From contig CAVPLM010000005.1 in NCBI GenBank assembly GCA_963706025.1, forward strand, positions 544,001 to 608,000: a DNA stretch of 64,000 nucleotides, written 5' to 3'. Shown one piece after another: positions 40,726-50,754 of this stretch; positions within the stretch are counted from its first letter, which is position 1; each line of letters opens with the position of its first letter. The DNA is from an uncultured Actinomycetes bacterium (GTDB lineage: Bacteria; Actinomycetota; Thermoleophilia; RBG-16-64-13). Made by a program: the position numbers and the translations under genes. The notes beneath the pieces are model-generated. The model had not been told where the DNA came from, made no database searches, and saw nothing but the letters and a program-made list of their open reading frames with translations.

Positions 40726-41985
40726 GTGGCTATGAAAGCATCCACCGATCGCATCGTGTGCCGGGAGTGCCGGGGACAGAACGACCCGGCCGCCCGTTTC
40801 TGCTGGTACTGCGGGGCTTCGCTCCACAGCCGAGGTTACTACGCCAGCGGTTCCCGCAAGGCTGCGCGGGTCACGAGGGACGTGTTCAAGTGGCTGATCC
40901 CCGTGGTCGTGGTGCTGGCCCTCGCCGTCGGTGTTTTCTATGTGGTGGACGCCTACCTGCTGTCGCCTCTGCGGAGTAGCCCTGCCCGAGTTGAGACCCA
41001 GCCCAGTACCACAGTGAAGGTGATCTCCACCACCACTACCACCACGATCGCGCCCCGTACCGACCGCGTCGTGGCCGGGAGCGATCGGTACGGCACGGCC
41101 ATAGCCATCTCCAAGCTCGGCCATCCCCAGGGTGCTCCCGCTCTGGTGCTTGCGACCGGCGACGATTACACAGAAGCGGTCTGCGCAGCTCCTCTGGCGG
41201 CGGCGTACAAGGCGCCCATACTGCTCGTGCCCCCGGAAGGTATCAGAGCCGACCTCAGCACCGAGATAGAGCGGCTCAATCCTTCGCGGATATTCCTGGT
41301 AGGGGTCTCGGGATCCTCCAAGGTAAAGAGACAACTTCGCGATCTCTTGGGGGATCCCGGCATAGCCAGCCTGACCGGCGACGATCGGTACGAGACGGCG
41401 GCTCTCGTCGCCCAGCAGGTCAAGGCCAAGCTGGGGACGGTTTCGAAGGTGGTCGTAGCTCCCTCGGACAGCTTCGCGGAGGCGATCGCGGTGGCTCCGC
41501 TGGCGGCGGCCAAGGGTTGGCCTATCCTCTTCGGCCCCCTTGAGGGCAAGATTCCCGCTGCTACCACCGACGCCATAGGAGAGCTGGGGGTGGCTTCGGC
41601 GCTGGTGGTCGGTACCAAGTCAGAACTGAGCCTTACCGACGTGGAGCGCCAGGTGGGAGCGGACAGCTATGCGACCGCCGCCCTTATCGCGCGGTACGCC
41701 CTCACCCAGGGCTTGAGCTTCGCCCACACGGCTATCGTCACCGGGGAAAACTTCCCGGACGGTCTGCCCGCGGGACCCTACTTAGCTCTCGACAACGGTA
41801 TCCTCCTGCTGGCCAAAGAAGGACGGCTCCCCCCGGCTATCCTGGCAGTGTTCAACGCCAACCAGTCGGCCATCCGCACTCTGGACTTCATCGCCTTGCC
41901 GGATCTAGCTGAAGCCATGGCACGCCCCCGCACCGCGACCACAGTAACCTCCGGCACTACGGAGACCACCGAGACAACCCCGTAG
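40726..41985 (+). CDS. Zn-ribbon, TM and cell-wall-binding repeat 2 (CWB2) protein
   Basis: CREC..CWYCG, one TM, then three G.DRY.TA-type repeats with PILL-like motifs. Confidence 0.85.
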   Translation: MAMKASTDRIVCRECRGQNDPAARFCWYCGASLHSRGYYASGSRKAARVTRDVFKWLIPVVVVLALAVGVFYVVDAYLLSPLRSSPARVETQPSTTVKVISTTTTTTIAPRTDRVVAGSDRYGTAIAISKLGHPQGAPALVLATGDDYTEAVCAAPLAAAYKAPILLVPPEGIRADLSTEIERLNPSRIFLVGVSGSSKVKRQLRDLLGDPGIASLTGDDRYETAALVAQQVKAKLGTVSKVVVAPSDSFAEAIAVAPLAAAKGWPILFGPLEGKIPAATTDAIGELGVASALVVGTKSELSLTDVERQVGADSYATAALIARYALTQGLSFAHTAIVTGENFPDGLPAGPYLALDNGILLLAKEGRLPPAILAVFNANQSAIRTLDFIALPDLAEAMARPRTATTVTSGTTETTETTP

Positions 41986-42108
41986 GCCGCGGCGCGTGGC
42001 GAGGGGCACCGTCCGATACGCCGACTGAGGTCTGGTCGCAAGCCACGTAGCGGGTGACGCATGGTTCGTTGCCAAACCGTTGCCAAGAAAGACCCCGACT
42101 CTGCCGTC

Positions 42109-42354
42109 TCACAGCCCACCGGGATTCGACGGGTACTTTGGGCCGTTCCCTTTCGACTTGTCTCCCTCCCAGCGGCGGGTGACTTCGGTGCCCCAATCAA
42201 GGAGTGCCCATCCCCCGACGAATAGCGCAGCGGCGATGGCGAGGGTGATGTATTTGGACGTGAAGCTGCTCTCAATAACGTAGTGCGCGATGGCGACGCC
42301 CGCGCCGACGAGTAGGAGGACTGCCCCAACTATGGTTGCGACGACCTTCCGCAT
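42109..42354 (-). CDS. Small two-TM membrane protein
   Basis: GAAGGAG RBS and two hydrophobic segments. Confidence 0.5.
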   Translation of the reverse strand: MRKVVATIVGAVLLLVGAGVAIAHYVIESSFTSKYITLAIAAALFVGGWALLDWGTEVTRRWEGDKSKGNGPKYPSNPGGL

Positions 42355-42473
42355 CCCTTCTCCTTCATCCCCCTCGATGACGATGGTATCGGCGCTGGTC
42401 CTAGAGACGGAATCCAAGCCACCCGCGCACCTGCAACTTCTCCACTATAGGACATGTGGCGAGAACAAAGCAG

Positions 42474-42541
42474 AAGCCCCCGCCGGCCGAGCTTGGGCAG
42501 TAATACAGAAGCTCCGATCTTCCGATATCAGGGGTAGGAAG
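42474..42541 (+). repeat. Hairpin-family left block with sigma28-like promoter (copy A)
   Basis: About 70 bp similar to 45024-45090. Contains TAAT-N16-TCCGATAT. Confidence 0.75.
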
Positions 42542-42553
42542 AAGGAGGACATC

Positions 42554-42760
42554 ATGCGAGGCTGTCACGACTGCAAGTATGGCCCACTCCGCCTTGACAA
42601 AGAGTTTCAGTGCGACAGAGAGAGATTGACGCTTCCAGACCCATCCGAATGGTGTTCGATGGATCCTAGTTGTATGAACTGGCAACCCATGTCGGTAGAT
42701 GACCCCAGGCGGGTCAAGTCGTACCAGGAAGTCCTCTGCGGCACAAAGATGTCGCCCTGA
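42554..42760 (+). CDS. Small Cys-rich hypothetical protein (68 aa)
   Basis: AGGAGG RBS. CHDC...C...C..C pattern. Confidence 0.6.
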   Translation: MRGCHDCKYGPLRLDKEFQCDRERLTLPDPSEWCSMDPSCMNWQPMSVDDPRRVKSYQEVLCGTKMSP

Positions 42761-42787
42761 CGTCAGCTCGCAGAGCCTGAAAGGAGA

Positions 42788-42828
42788 AAGCGCCCGCGCC
42801 GGCCAAGCGTTGACGCTACCGATCGGGC
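42788..42828 (+). repeat. Hairpin-family copy B
   Basis: GCCGGCCAAGCGTTGACGCTACCGATCGGG, similar to 44841 and 45404. Confidence 0.7.
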
Positions 42829-42932
42829 AGAACCACATAAATGAACGGAGGCCCCGAAGAACCTCCGCTTCTAGCGTCCACGTCTATCACGTCAGGTCAT
42901 GGGCCATCTTCGCTGCGGAAAGACGGTACCCT

Positions 42933-44666
42933 CTAGTCCTGCAAGACGCGGGTGGGTATGTGACGGTCGGTGGTGGTGCCGTCCCCGAGCTGGCCGGAAC
43001 TGTTCCATCCCCAGGCCCACCAGGAGCCGTTCTCCCTCAGGCCGAGGGAGTGACGCCAACCGCCGGCAGCAACCGCCTTCCAGTCGGTGCCCGTGCCGAT
43101 ACGGGTGGGCTTGTGACGGTCGGTGGTGCTGCCGTCTCCGAGCTGGCCGTAGTAGTTCCAACCCCAGGTCCACAGGGAGCCATTCTCTTTCAGAGCGAGG
43201 GATTGGTGCTCGCCGCTCCCAACGGCCTTCCAGTCGGTGTCCGTGCCGATGCGGGCGGGAAGGTGGCGTTCGGTGGTGCTGCCGTCGCCCACTTGCCCTT
43301 CGCTATTCCGTCCCCAAGCCCACAGGGAGCCGTCGGTCTTCAGAGCGAGGCAGTGGAAATTGGCAACAAAGGCCTTCCAGTCGGTGTCCGTGCCGATGCG
43401 GGTGGGAAGGTGGCGGTCGGTGGTGCTGCCGTCACCCAGTTGGCCCTCACGATTGTCTCCCCAGGCCCACAGGGAGCCGTCGGTCTTCAGGGCTACGCAG
43501 TGCCATACACCGGCGGAAACGGCCTTCCAGTCGGTGTCGGTGCCGATGCGGGTGGGAAGGTGGCGGTCGGTGGTGCTGCCGTCACCGAGTTGGCCGAGGT
43601 GGTTCCGACCCCAGGCCCACAGGGAGCCGTCCTCTTTCAGAGCGACAGAGTGCCACTCTCCGGCAGCAACGGCCTTCCAGTCGGTGTCAGTGCCCGATGC
43701 GGGTAGGAAGGCGGAGGTCGGTGGTGCGTGCCGTCACCCAGTTGGCCGTAGCGGTTATCTCCCCAAGCCCACAGGGAGCCGTCACTCTTGATGGCCAGAG
43801 AGTGGTACCAACCGGCGGCAACGCCCCTCCAGTCGGTGTCCGTCCCGATGCGGGTGGCAAGGTGGCGGTCGGTGGTGCTGCCGTCTCCGACTTGGCCGTC
43901 ACGATTGTCTCCCCAGGCCCACAAGGAGCCATCGGTCTGGAGAGCCAGGGAGTGGGACCCGGCAGTGGCGAGGAGGTTTGTGGGGTCCGTGGGCGGAGGG
44001 CCTTCCAGAGCTTTCAACAGGTTCCAGAGCATCTGGGCGCATTCGCCCCGGGTGGCAGACTGGAGTCCGTCCCATGAGGGAGAGAGACCCTCCAGACCCT
44101 CCAGCAGGCTGTTGAATTCCGCCTTGCGAATATTGGCGCCGTGGGTGGCATCAGAATACGTAAAGGACACCCGCCCAGGCGTCGGTGGGATTCTCCAGCT
44201 TTGATCCACCGGCTCTCACAACCATGGTTATGACCTGTTGCCGGGTGATCTGGTTGTAGGGCCGGAAGGTGTTGTCCAGATAGCCCGTGGTGAGACCGGT
44301 TCGTGCGGCGACGGCGATGTAGTGGTCGGGGTAGAGCGGATCGACGGAATCGACGGGTAGGACATCGTTGAAGGGGCAGATGTCGTCTTCCGTGGTCTGG
44401 AAGCCCATGGTCAGAACGATCATCTTGGCAAACTGCTGACGCTTGACCAGATCCTCCGGTCCGAAGTTGCCGTTGGTGTATCCGCCGATGACGCCCTGCG
44501 TGGCCATGCCCTCGATGGCTTCGTAGTACGGGTGGGAAGCAGGGACATCGGGGAAGGAAGCCTTAGCAGCAGTGGGCAGGGCAAGAATGAAGCCTACACC
44601 GAGCAAGAGCACGATTAGGGCTGTTCGCAGTCTGAGCGGCGACACGTGGCTTGGCGTGGCTCTCAT
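42933..44666 (-). CDS. Secreted SLH plus RCC1/BLIP-II beta-propeller protein, with two frameshifts
   Basis: Signal peptide and SLH (FPDV..HPY..AI, GNFGP..RQQFAKM), then about seven 50-aa GSLWAWG.N..GQLGDG repeats. Frame breaks near 44163 and 43695-43730. Confidence 0.85.
42940..43960. repeat. Tandem ~150-bp coding repeats (RCC1 blades)
   Basis: GGCCTTCCAGTCGGTGTC recurs at 43224, 43371, 43521 and 43671, with variants on either side. Confidence 0.9.
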
Positions 44667-44840
44667 GGAACACGCACCTCCTCCTCGGGCAGGATCGATG
44701 CCCGCACGGGGCGATGACCGAGTGTCAGCTCTTGCGAAGCCCCGTCTCCAAGGTTTCCCCGAGCTATGAATGGGGGAAGTTCCTCGCTCCCCGTACAGGT
44801 TCAGTATAGGCCGGTTCTACTCTGGGTCAATACGAGGAGA

Positions 44841-44885
44841 CAAGCCCCCGCCGGCCAAGGCTAAACGCTACCGATCGGGGGCTTG
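44841..44885 (+). repeat. Hairpin-family copy C
   Basis: CAAGCCCCCG-CCGGCCAAGGCTAAACGCTACCGAT-CGGGGGCTTG. Confidence 0.75.
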
Positions 44886-45023
44886 CCTTAATGGTAGGCG
44901 CGGCGATACGACGGGGCTATGGGACTCTGGCTGCAAAACAAGAAAGGCCCCGGGGACGCCGTCCAGCCAGAGCCTTCTGCTCACACAATCGGCAGCCACG
45001 AGTCAGTTCATTAGCAAATAGGA

Positions 45024-45090
45024 AAGCCCCCGCCGACCGAGCTTGGCGGGTAACACAGAAGGTTTGATCTTCCGATACTGAAGGTAGAAG
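45024..45090 (+). repeat. Hairpin-family left block with sigma28-like promoter (copy D)
   Basis: AAGCCCCCGCCGACCGAGCTTGG...TAAC-N16-TCCGATAC...GGTAGAAG. Confidence 0.75.
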
Positions 45091-45141
45091 GATCGAACGG
45101 GGCATGCGTGCCGATACAAGCACAACGGCAAAGGGCCTGAG

Positions 45142-45402
45142 ATGGACACTTCCGAGAAGGTGCGCGAAAACAGAGCGCGACGTACGGCCGCCCTGCAGGG
45201 CCTCGCCCTACGCAAGTCACGCCGACGCGATTCCCATGCCCTCGACTACGGGGGCTACTGGTTGATCGAAGGGGAGGCCAATGCTGTGGTCGTTGGGGAC
45301 CTTTGGGGCATGAGCCTCGATGACGTGGAAGGCTGGCTCAAGCGCGATAGACAGCAGGTTCCGATCGTCCGCTTCATACCGTCTACGTGCTCGCTCCGCT
45401 GA
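45142..45402 (+). CDS. Small hypothetical protein, possibly phage-like
   Basis: ENRARR.A..QGL.LRKSRRRD..ALDYGGYWLI...SLDDVEGWL. Resemblance to phage small proteins is recalled, not searched. Confidence 0.55.
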   Translation: MDTSEKVRENRARRTAALQGLALRKSRRRDSHALDYGGYWLIEGEANAVVVGDLWGMSLDDVEGWLKRDRQQVPIVRFIPSTCSLR

Positions 45403-45403
45403 G

Positions 45404-45441
45404 AGCCCCCAGCGGCCGAGCGTGAACGCTACCATAGGGGC
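45404..45441 (+). repeat. Hairpin-family copy H
   Basis: AGCCCCCAGCGGCCGAGCGTGAACGCTACCATAGGGGC, immediately after the ORF stop. Confidence 0.7.
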
Positions 45442-45736
45442 GTGTCCTCACGGTAGTCGCGATCGTGCGTGGTAGCGTGCTGACTTGTGTGCAGAAGCTC
45501 TTCGAGGAAGGACTGAAGAAGAGGTCATTGTATGCACGTGATGCCAAGTCACCCCTACGAGAGGGAGCACACCATTACCCAGAGGAAGTCTAGAGCGTTC
45601 GCTCCCCCTCGACTGCCGTCCGGTCGCGGCACGAAGCCCGAAGGGGTCTCTTGGGAGCTGACAAGACTCGCCGCAGGGGCTCTACGCCGACTACAATTCA
45701 AATGAGGAGGATCTCCGAGAATAGGGAGGGAGAGCA

Positions 45737-46189
45737 GTGGCAGAGAAGAGGATAACCAAGGAAGACGAACTGAGGAAGGTACCTCTATTCAGCAAGTTAA
45801 GTAAGAAGAACCTGGCGGAGATCGCCCGAATAGCGGATGTGCTTGAACGGCCGGCAGGCGAGGTCTTGGTCAACGAAGATGCGCTGAGCTTCGAATTCGT
45901 GATGATCCTGGAAGGTCAGGCGAAGGCTGAGCAATGCGGGAAACTGCTCGGCCGACTCTCCCAGAACGATTTCTTCGGGGAAGTAGGTCTTATCGCGCAC
46001 AGGCCGAGCCCAGCAACCGTTACGGCCGAAACCACCGTGAGGCTCCTGGTGGTAGAGCCGAGGTATTTCTATGATCTGCTTGAACAGGCGCCTGATCTAT
46101 GGAAAGAAATAGCGATCGCTCTGTGCGATTACATTCCCAGCACATGTGATTTCCCATTGGAGATGGAGACGGCACGCGTCACACGGTGA
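45737..46189 (+). CDS. Stand-alone cyclic-nucleotide-binding domain protein
   Basis: LRKVPLFSKL, FFGEVGLI and ATVTA motifs. GGAGG RBS. Confidence 0.85.
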   Translation: MAEKRITKEDELRKVPLFSKLSKKNLAEIARIADVLERPAGEVLVNEDALSFEFVMILEGQAKAEQCGKLLGRLSQNDFFGEVGLIAHRPSPATVTAETTVRLLVVEPRYFYDLLEQAPDLWKEIAIALCDYIPSTCDFPLEMETARVTR

Positions 46190-46446
46190 GTGGGGCAAGA
46201 GCTCGTTGCCGTGGCGCCTTGGGGTGTAGCCAAAGAAACCCTCGCTATCGACCCCTGCCTGCCCGCACCCTCAATCCCCCGCCCAAAGACTCTCGGGAAG
46301 TTCACCGGGCCGGGGGCCAGTCGGTAACGATCACCATGACCAAGTAGCGTGCTTCAGGGCCCTGAGATTCAGCCCGCGCCCCGACACCCAGGGTCTTCAA
46401 TCGGGAGCAGTATCTGCCCTTGCTGCCGGCGGTAGCTTTGGCAGCC

Positions 46447-48324
46447 TCATTCGCCGCTCGTCGTCGGCATGAGGACCCCGCCTTTAGCGAGGAAGTTCCA
46501 GAGGGCTTGAGCCGCCTCTGCTCTTGTCGCCGGTCGCCAGGGATCCCACCCCCTCCCGTAGCCGATCAGCCCGTCGACCAATCCGTTCAGCTCCGCCCGA
46601 AGCATGTAGGGGCCGTGAATCGGATCGAAGGGTCCAAGTGCGCCCTGGTAGTTGGGCGGCCAGTTGGTGGTGGGGTGACTGCCGAGCACACCCGGCTTCA
46701 TAGTGTCGAGACCGCGCACAAGGAGGGTCATAAGCTGCGCCCGTGTGAGCGTCGCGTAGGGGGAGAATGTCGTGGGACTGGTTCCCTTGGCAATACCCCG
46801 GCCGGCAAGGGCAGCCACATAGGCGCCGGGGTACAAGCCCGGCTCCATGTCCTCGAACGGAGCCACAGCGTCCGGGTCCACCGGTATGTCCAGGGCGAGG
46901 GCGAGCATTTTGGCGAACTGCCCGCGGGTGAGGGTGGCATCGGGGCGGTACTCACACCCGGCAGCGGAAGGGTAACCGCCGACTACCTCCCGCTCCTTGA
47001 GGCCTTGAATGGCGGTGCGATAGGGATGGGTCCCGGGAACGTCGAGAAACGCCTCAACCGGCGAAGCCACAGGAGAGGCGAGGAGAAGCTCGAGAGGTTT
47101 GCTCGCAGGGGAAGGCCACCAGCCACTGCCGCTGGCAAAGACCACATGCTCCCCGTCGGCGTCGTAGTCGTTGTTTTGGCCAAAAAGGGTGGCAAGCCGG
47201 GTGGTCGTCTGGCGGGAGCGGTCGTAGACGCAGAGGTAGTTCATGGCGGTACCCACCCAGCGCCCGGTGAACTGTGCGTGCCAGATGAGGAGATCGCCGC
47301 GCAGAACGAGGCCTCCCACGCTGTAGCCCGGGCTTGGGATCCGGGTAAGGGCACCGGTAGGCACGTGGTAGAGCGCTGCATAGGGGGAGCCATCCGCGTA
47401 GCCTGCCCAAGCGATGAGATCTCCATCGCCCTGGACGGATTCGAGTTTGGTTGACTCCTTATCGAGAGGCCGTAGCTCACCAGAAATCAGGTCGTAGGTG
47501 AAGAACTGCTCGACCCCCCCATAGATGCTCCAGGTACGGAAGACCACGAGCGTGTTCCCGGCCAGCGCCAGAACCTGATAGCCGGCAAGCGGCACGAGTT
47601 CACCCATCTCGCCCGTACTCATGGAATAGACCCACACCTGGTCAGGTCGTTCCGCAGAGAAGGGGTCATAGTAGTCCCACGCGACCCAGTCCGAGCTCGC
47701 AACATGAAGGCCCGGGGCGCCGCCGCCCGGCTCTCCGGAGGCCAGGGTGACCGTCTCGTTTCTGGAGAGATCGTGCATAAGGAGCCCCGTGTCCCCGGCC
47801 TCTGGTCCCTCGATGCCAACCTGGGCGGCAGATACCCAGAGCACCTTGTCGCCGTGAATGCTTAGGTAGTACTTGGTATTTGTCTGGGCATCGGCCGTGA
47901 GTTGCCGGTTCTCGCCAGTAGAGATGGTGTGGACAAAGACATCTCCTCCAGGTAGACCGGCTGAGCCGGCCGGAGCCACTCCCAGGTAGGCAACGTGGTC
48001 GCCCTCGATCTCCGGCTCGATGCCGTCTGTCGCGATGGTCTGCCGATCGCCGGTGGCGATGTCGTAGAGGACGACCCTGGTCCCCACCGCGGTATTCCCT
48101 TCTACCCAGACGACCCAGCCGTCGCCCAGGCGGGCATGAGAGCGGCTACCAGATGCCTGGTCAGAAAGAGACGTGAACTGCCAGCCATCGACCGAGGGGG
48201 CAGCGAGCACCGGCGAGGCAAAGAGAAGAAAGAGAAGAAAGAGAAGGATTGGGCCAAGGAGCAACAGGGTGAGTAGTCCAGGACGGTTCACGCTTCGTTC
48301 CTGCTTCTTGCAGAGCAGTTTCAT
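46447..48324 (-). CDS. Secreted beta-propeller plus C-terminal SLH protein
   Basis: Signal peptide, GD.V.W repeats, then FLDV..HPY..AI, TRGQFAKM and TRAEAA. Confidence 0.8.
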   Translation of the reverse strand: MKLLCKKQERSVNRPGLLTLLLLGPILLFLLFLLFASPVLAAPSVDGWQFTSLSDQASGSRSHARLGDGWVVWVEGNTAVGTRVVLYDIATGDRQTIATDGIEPEIEGDHVAYLGVAPAGSAGLPGGDVFVHTISTGENRQLTADAQTNTKYYLSIHGDKVLWVSAAQVGIEGPEAGDTGLLMHDLSRNETVTLASGEPGGGAPGLHVASSDWVAWDYYDPFSAERPDQVWVYSMSTGEMGELVPLAGYQVLALAGNTLVVFRTWSIYGGVEQFFTYDLISGELRPLDKESTKLESVQGDGDLIAWAGYADGSPYAALYHVPTGALTRIPSPGYSVGGLVLRGDLLIWHAQFTGRWVGTAMNYLCVYDRSRQTTTRLATLFGQNNDYDADGEHVVFASGSGWWPSPASKPLELLLASPVASPVEAFLDVPGTHPYRTAIQGLKEREVVGGYPSAAGCEYRPDATLTRGQFAKMLALALDIPVDPDAVAPFEDMEPGLYPGAYVAALAGRGIAKGTSPTTFSPYATLTRAQLMTLLVRGLDTMKPGVLGSHPTTNWPPNYQGALGPFDPIHGPYMLRAELNGLVDGLIGYGRGWDPWRPATRAEAAQALWNFLAKGGVLMPTTSGE

Positions 48325-48566
48325 TGGCAGCCCCCTCACACTTCAGCCGAAGGGCCCGGACCCTGACTCCAGAATAGGTTATCACCTCGTCCTCACGCTA
48401 CCCCTGTCGGGCACGGTTGCTCTGTGCCCCCCCCAGACAAGCGGACACTATGAGCACATGGTGGGGCCCCCCAGGCCCTAACAATGCGGATAGCTAGCCT
48501 CTGTCCGGCTGGGCCCGGCCTGTGATGCGGTGAGTCGTCCGCTTCGCCATAGAAACCGTGACGTAC

Positions 48567-50609
48567 CTACCAGACCGCCTCCAGCCACTCGGCAAGCTGT
48601 TGGGGTGCGCCGTCTGCCATCCAGTCCGTCGCGGTGTGTCCGGTGCCGTAGTTCACTACCGTCCACTCGGCCCCGACTCTCTGGAGAAGAAGTTCCAGGC
48701 GGTCCGAGTCATTCAGATGGTTGATGATCAGGGCACCCGCCCATGAGCCGACTACCTTGAGCTGAGCAAGGCTGAACTCATTGGGGTAGAGGTCAAGTTC
48801 AAGCCCTATCGCCTGGCTGATGGCCTCCTCCTCTTCGCCCGGGGTCGGTCGGTTGAGAAGGTTGTACAACAAGGCGGCTACCTCGCCCCGCGTGGCGGGG
48901 GAGAAGAAGTCAAAGTCCGCTCCTATCCCTTCTATCTTGTTCAGTAGTCCGACCCAAGCCGCCCTGCGCGCATTCAGGTAATGCTCGCTCGGATAGAACT
49001 GCCCAGCGTTGAAGGGCGGCGCATAATAGGGAGGTATGTCGGGGAGGTTGGCCGCTCGGACGACCATGGTGATGAGTTGCTGTCGAGTTATGTAGTCGTA
49101 GGGAGCAAAGGTGGTGGCGGTCTTGCCCTCAGTGATGCCATGGACGGCACAGACAGCCACGTAGTGGTCGGGGTAGTTCAGATCGAGAGGGTCGACACTG
49201 CTCCCGGGTAGGCTCTTTTGCACGTCGGTGAAGAGGCAGATGTCGGCGTCCGAGACAGGGTAACCCAGAGCGCGGACGATCATCTTGGCGAACTGCTGGC
49301 GAAGAACCGGGCTATCGGGGCGGAAGGTGCCGTCTGGATAGCCGGAGAGGATTCCGCGCGCGTAAAGGTCTTCGATGGCGTCCTTGTAGTGGGTGTCCGG
49401 GCCCACATCGGTGAAAGCCCCTACAGGGCCGGCAACGGCGGTGAAGATCTCGTCGTCCGTTCCGTCGTTCCCTGTCCACACGATCCGGTCGCCGGAGACC
49501 TGCGGTTCCCTCTCCTCGCGGCTGTTCGAGGTGATCTTGACCGTGCCGCCCGCGGGGGTCCAGGCGAAGACCTCGTAGTCGGTGCCGTCTTCGCCGATCC
49601 ACACCACTCGGTCGCCGGAAACCCGCTGGTGGTCTTCTTGATAGCTGTTGGCGGTGAGCTGAGTGATGCCGTCGGCCGGGGTCCAGGTGAAGATGTCGCG
49701 ATCGGCTCCGTCGTAGCCATACCAGACCACCCGGTCGCCGGAGACCTCCGGGTACCCGTCCGAGTAGCCGTTCGATGTGATCTGTACGGTCCCTTCCGTC
49801 GGCGTCCAGGTGAAGATCTCCCAGGGACCGCCGGTGCTGAACCATACGACCCGGTCACCGGATACCGCCAGCTCCTCGTTGGCATGGCCGTCTGACGTGA
49901 GCTGAACGGTTGCACTTCCCGGGGTCCAGGTGAGGACATCCGAATAGATGCCGCGCGTGCATATCCAGGCGATACGATCACCCGACAGCTCGGGCCAAGC
50001 ACCGCTGTAGCCGTTCAAGGGGATCTCGACGGTTCCGCCAGCGGGGGTCCAGGTGAAGATCTTCTCGCCCGTGCCGTCGAAGCGGTACCATGCCACCCGA
50101 TCGCCGGAGACCCGCGGGATGACCTCCCGATACGCGTTCGTGGTCAACCGCACCGTCCCCCCAGCGGGCGTCCAGGTGAAGATCTCGCCGCCCGTGCCGA
50201 CATCGCCGCACCACACCACCCGATCGCCGGAGACCTGCGGGCCATAGTCCTCGACCCCGTTCGAGGTCAACTGCACGATTCCGCCCGCTGGGGTCCAGGT
50301 GAAGATCTCGCCGTCCGTGCCATCGTTGCCGGACCACACAACCCGATCGCCGGAGACCTGCGGCTGGCTATCGTACCTGCTGTTCGAAGTCAGTTGGGTA
50401 GTGAAGTACGCCTCGGAGGCCGCCCCCGCACCGGTCGACAAGGTCAGCGCCAGCAGCGTTGACAGTGCTGCCGCTAGAACGAGCCCTCTTGCGGCACGTC
50501 GGCGGTGTCGCACAGATGGAGCGCCCAGTGCCGCTCTGCCAGACTTCTCCGCCGGCGTGGGCCGAGGAGCGGTCCTCGGCCGTCCTGTGACGTACCCAGC
50601 AGTCGCCAA
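48567..50609 (-). CDS. Secreted TolB-like beta-propeller plus SLH protein
   Basis: About eight 40-aa PQVSGDRVVW...EIFTWTP repeats, SLH repeats, and a C-terminal module shared with the 58597 gene. Confidence 0.85.
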   Translation of the reverse strand: MATAGYVTGRPRTAPRPTPAEKSGRAALGAPSVRHRRRAARGLVLAAALSTLLALTLSTGAGAASEAYFTTQLTSNSRYDSQPQVSGDRVVWSGNDGTDGEIFTWTPAGGIVQLTSNGVEDYGPQVSGDRVVWCGDVGTGGEIFTWTPAGGTVRLTTNAYREVIPRVSGDRVAWYRFDGTGEKIFTWTPAGGTVEIPLNGYSGAWPELSGDRIAWICTRGIYSDVLTWTPGSATVQLTSDGHANEELAVSGDRVVWFSTGGPWEIFTWTPTEGTVQITSNGYSDGYPEVSGDRVVWYGYDGADRDIFTWTPADGITQLTANSYQEDHQRVSGDRVVWIGEDGTDYEVFAWTPAGGTVKITSNSREEREPQVSGDRIVWTGNDGTDDEIFTAVAGPVGAFTDVGPDTHYKDAIEDLYARGILSGYPDGTFRPDSPVLRQQFAKMIVRALGYPVSDADICLFTDVQKSLPGSSVDPLDLNYPDHYVAVCAVHGITEGKTATTFAPYDYITRQQLITMVVRAANLPDIPPYYAPPFNAGQFYPSEHYLNARRAAWVGLLNKIEGIGADFDFFSPATRGEVAALLYNLLNRPTPGEEEEAISQAIGLELDLYPNEFSLAQLKVVGSWAGALIINHLNDSDRLELLLQRVGAEWTVVNYGTGHTATDWMADGAPQQLAEWLEAVW

Positions 50610-50754
50610 GAGTCCATCTCCCGACCTCCAGACCTCTACGTTGGACGCAGCATAGCTGCACTCACATTACGATTAGGCGCAGGCGACCACAGTGCCCGGG
50701 CGAAGAAACGAATACTATGGCCCATAGACACCCACCCTTCAACGCGGGAGCTAC

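Noticed and set aside
42699-44077. Repetitive + strand ORFs of 335 and 392 aa
   Set aside because: They are antisense readings of the RCC1 repeat gene.
46220-46233. TGGGGTGTAGCCAA resembling a tRNA-Gln 5' end
   Set aside because: Only 14 nt match and no cloverleaf follows.
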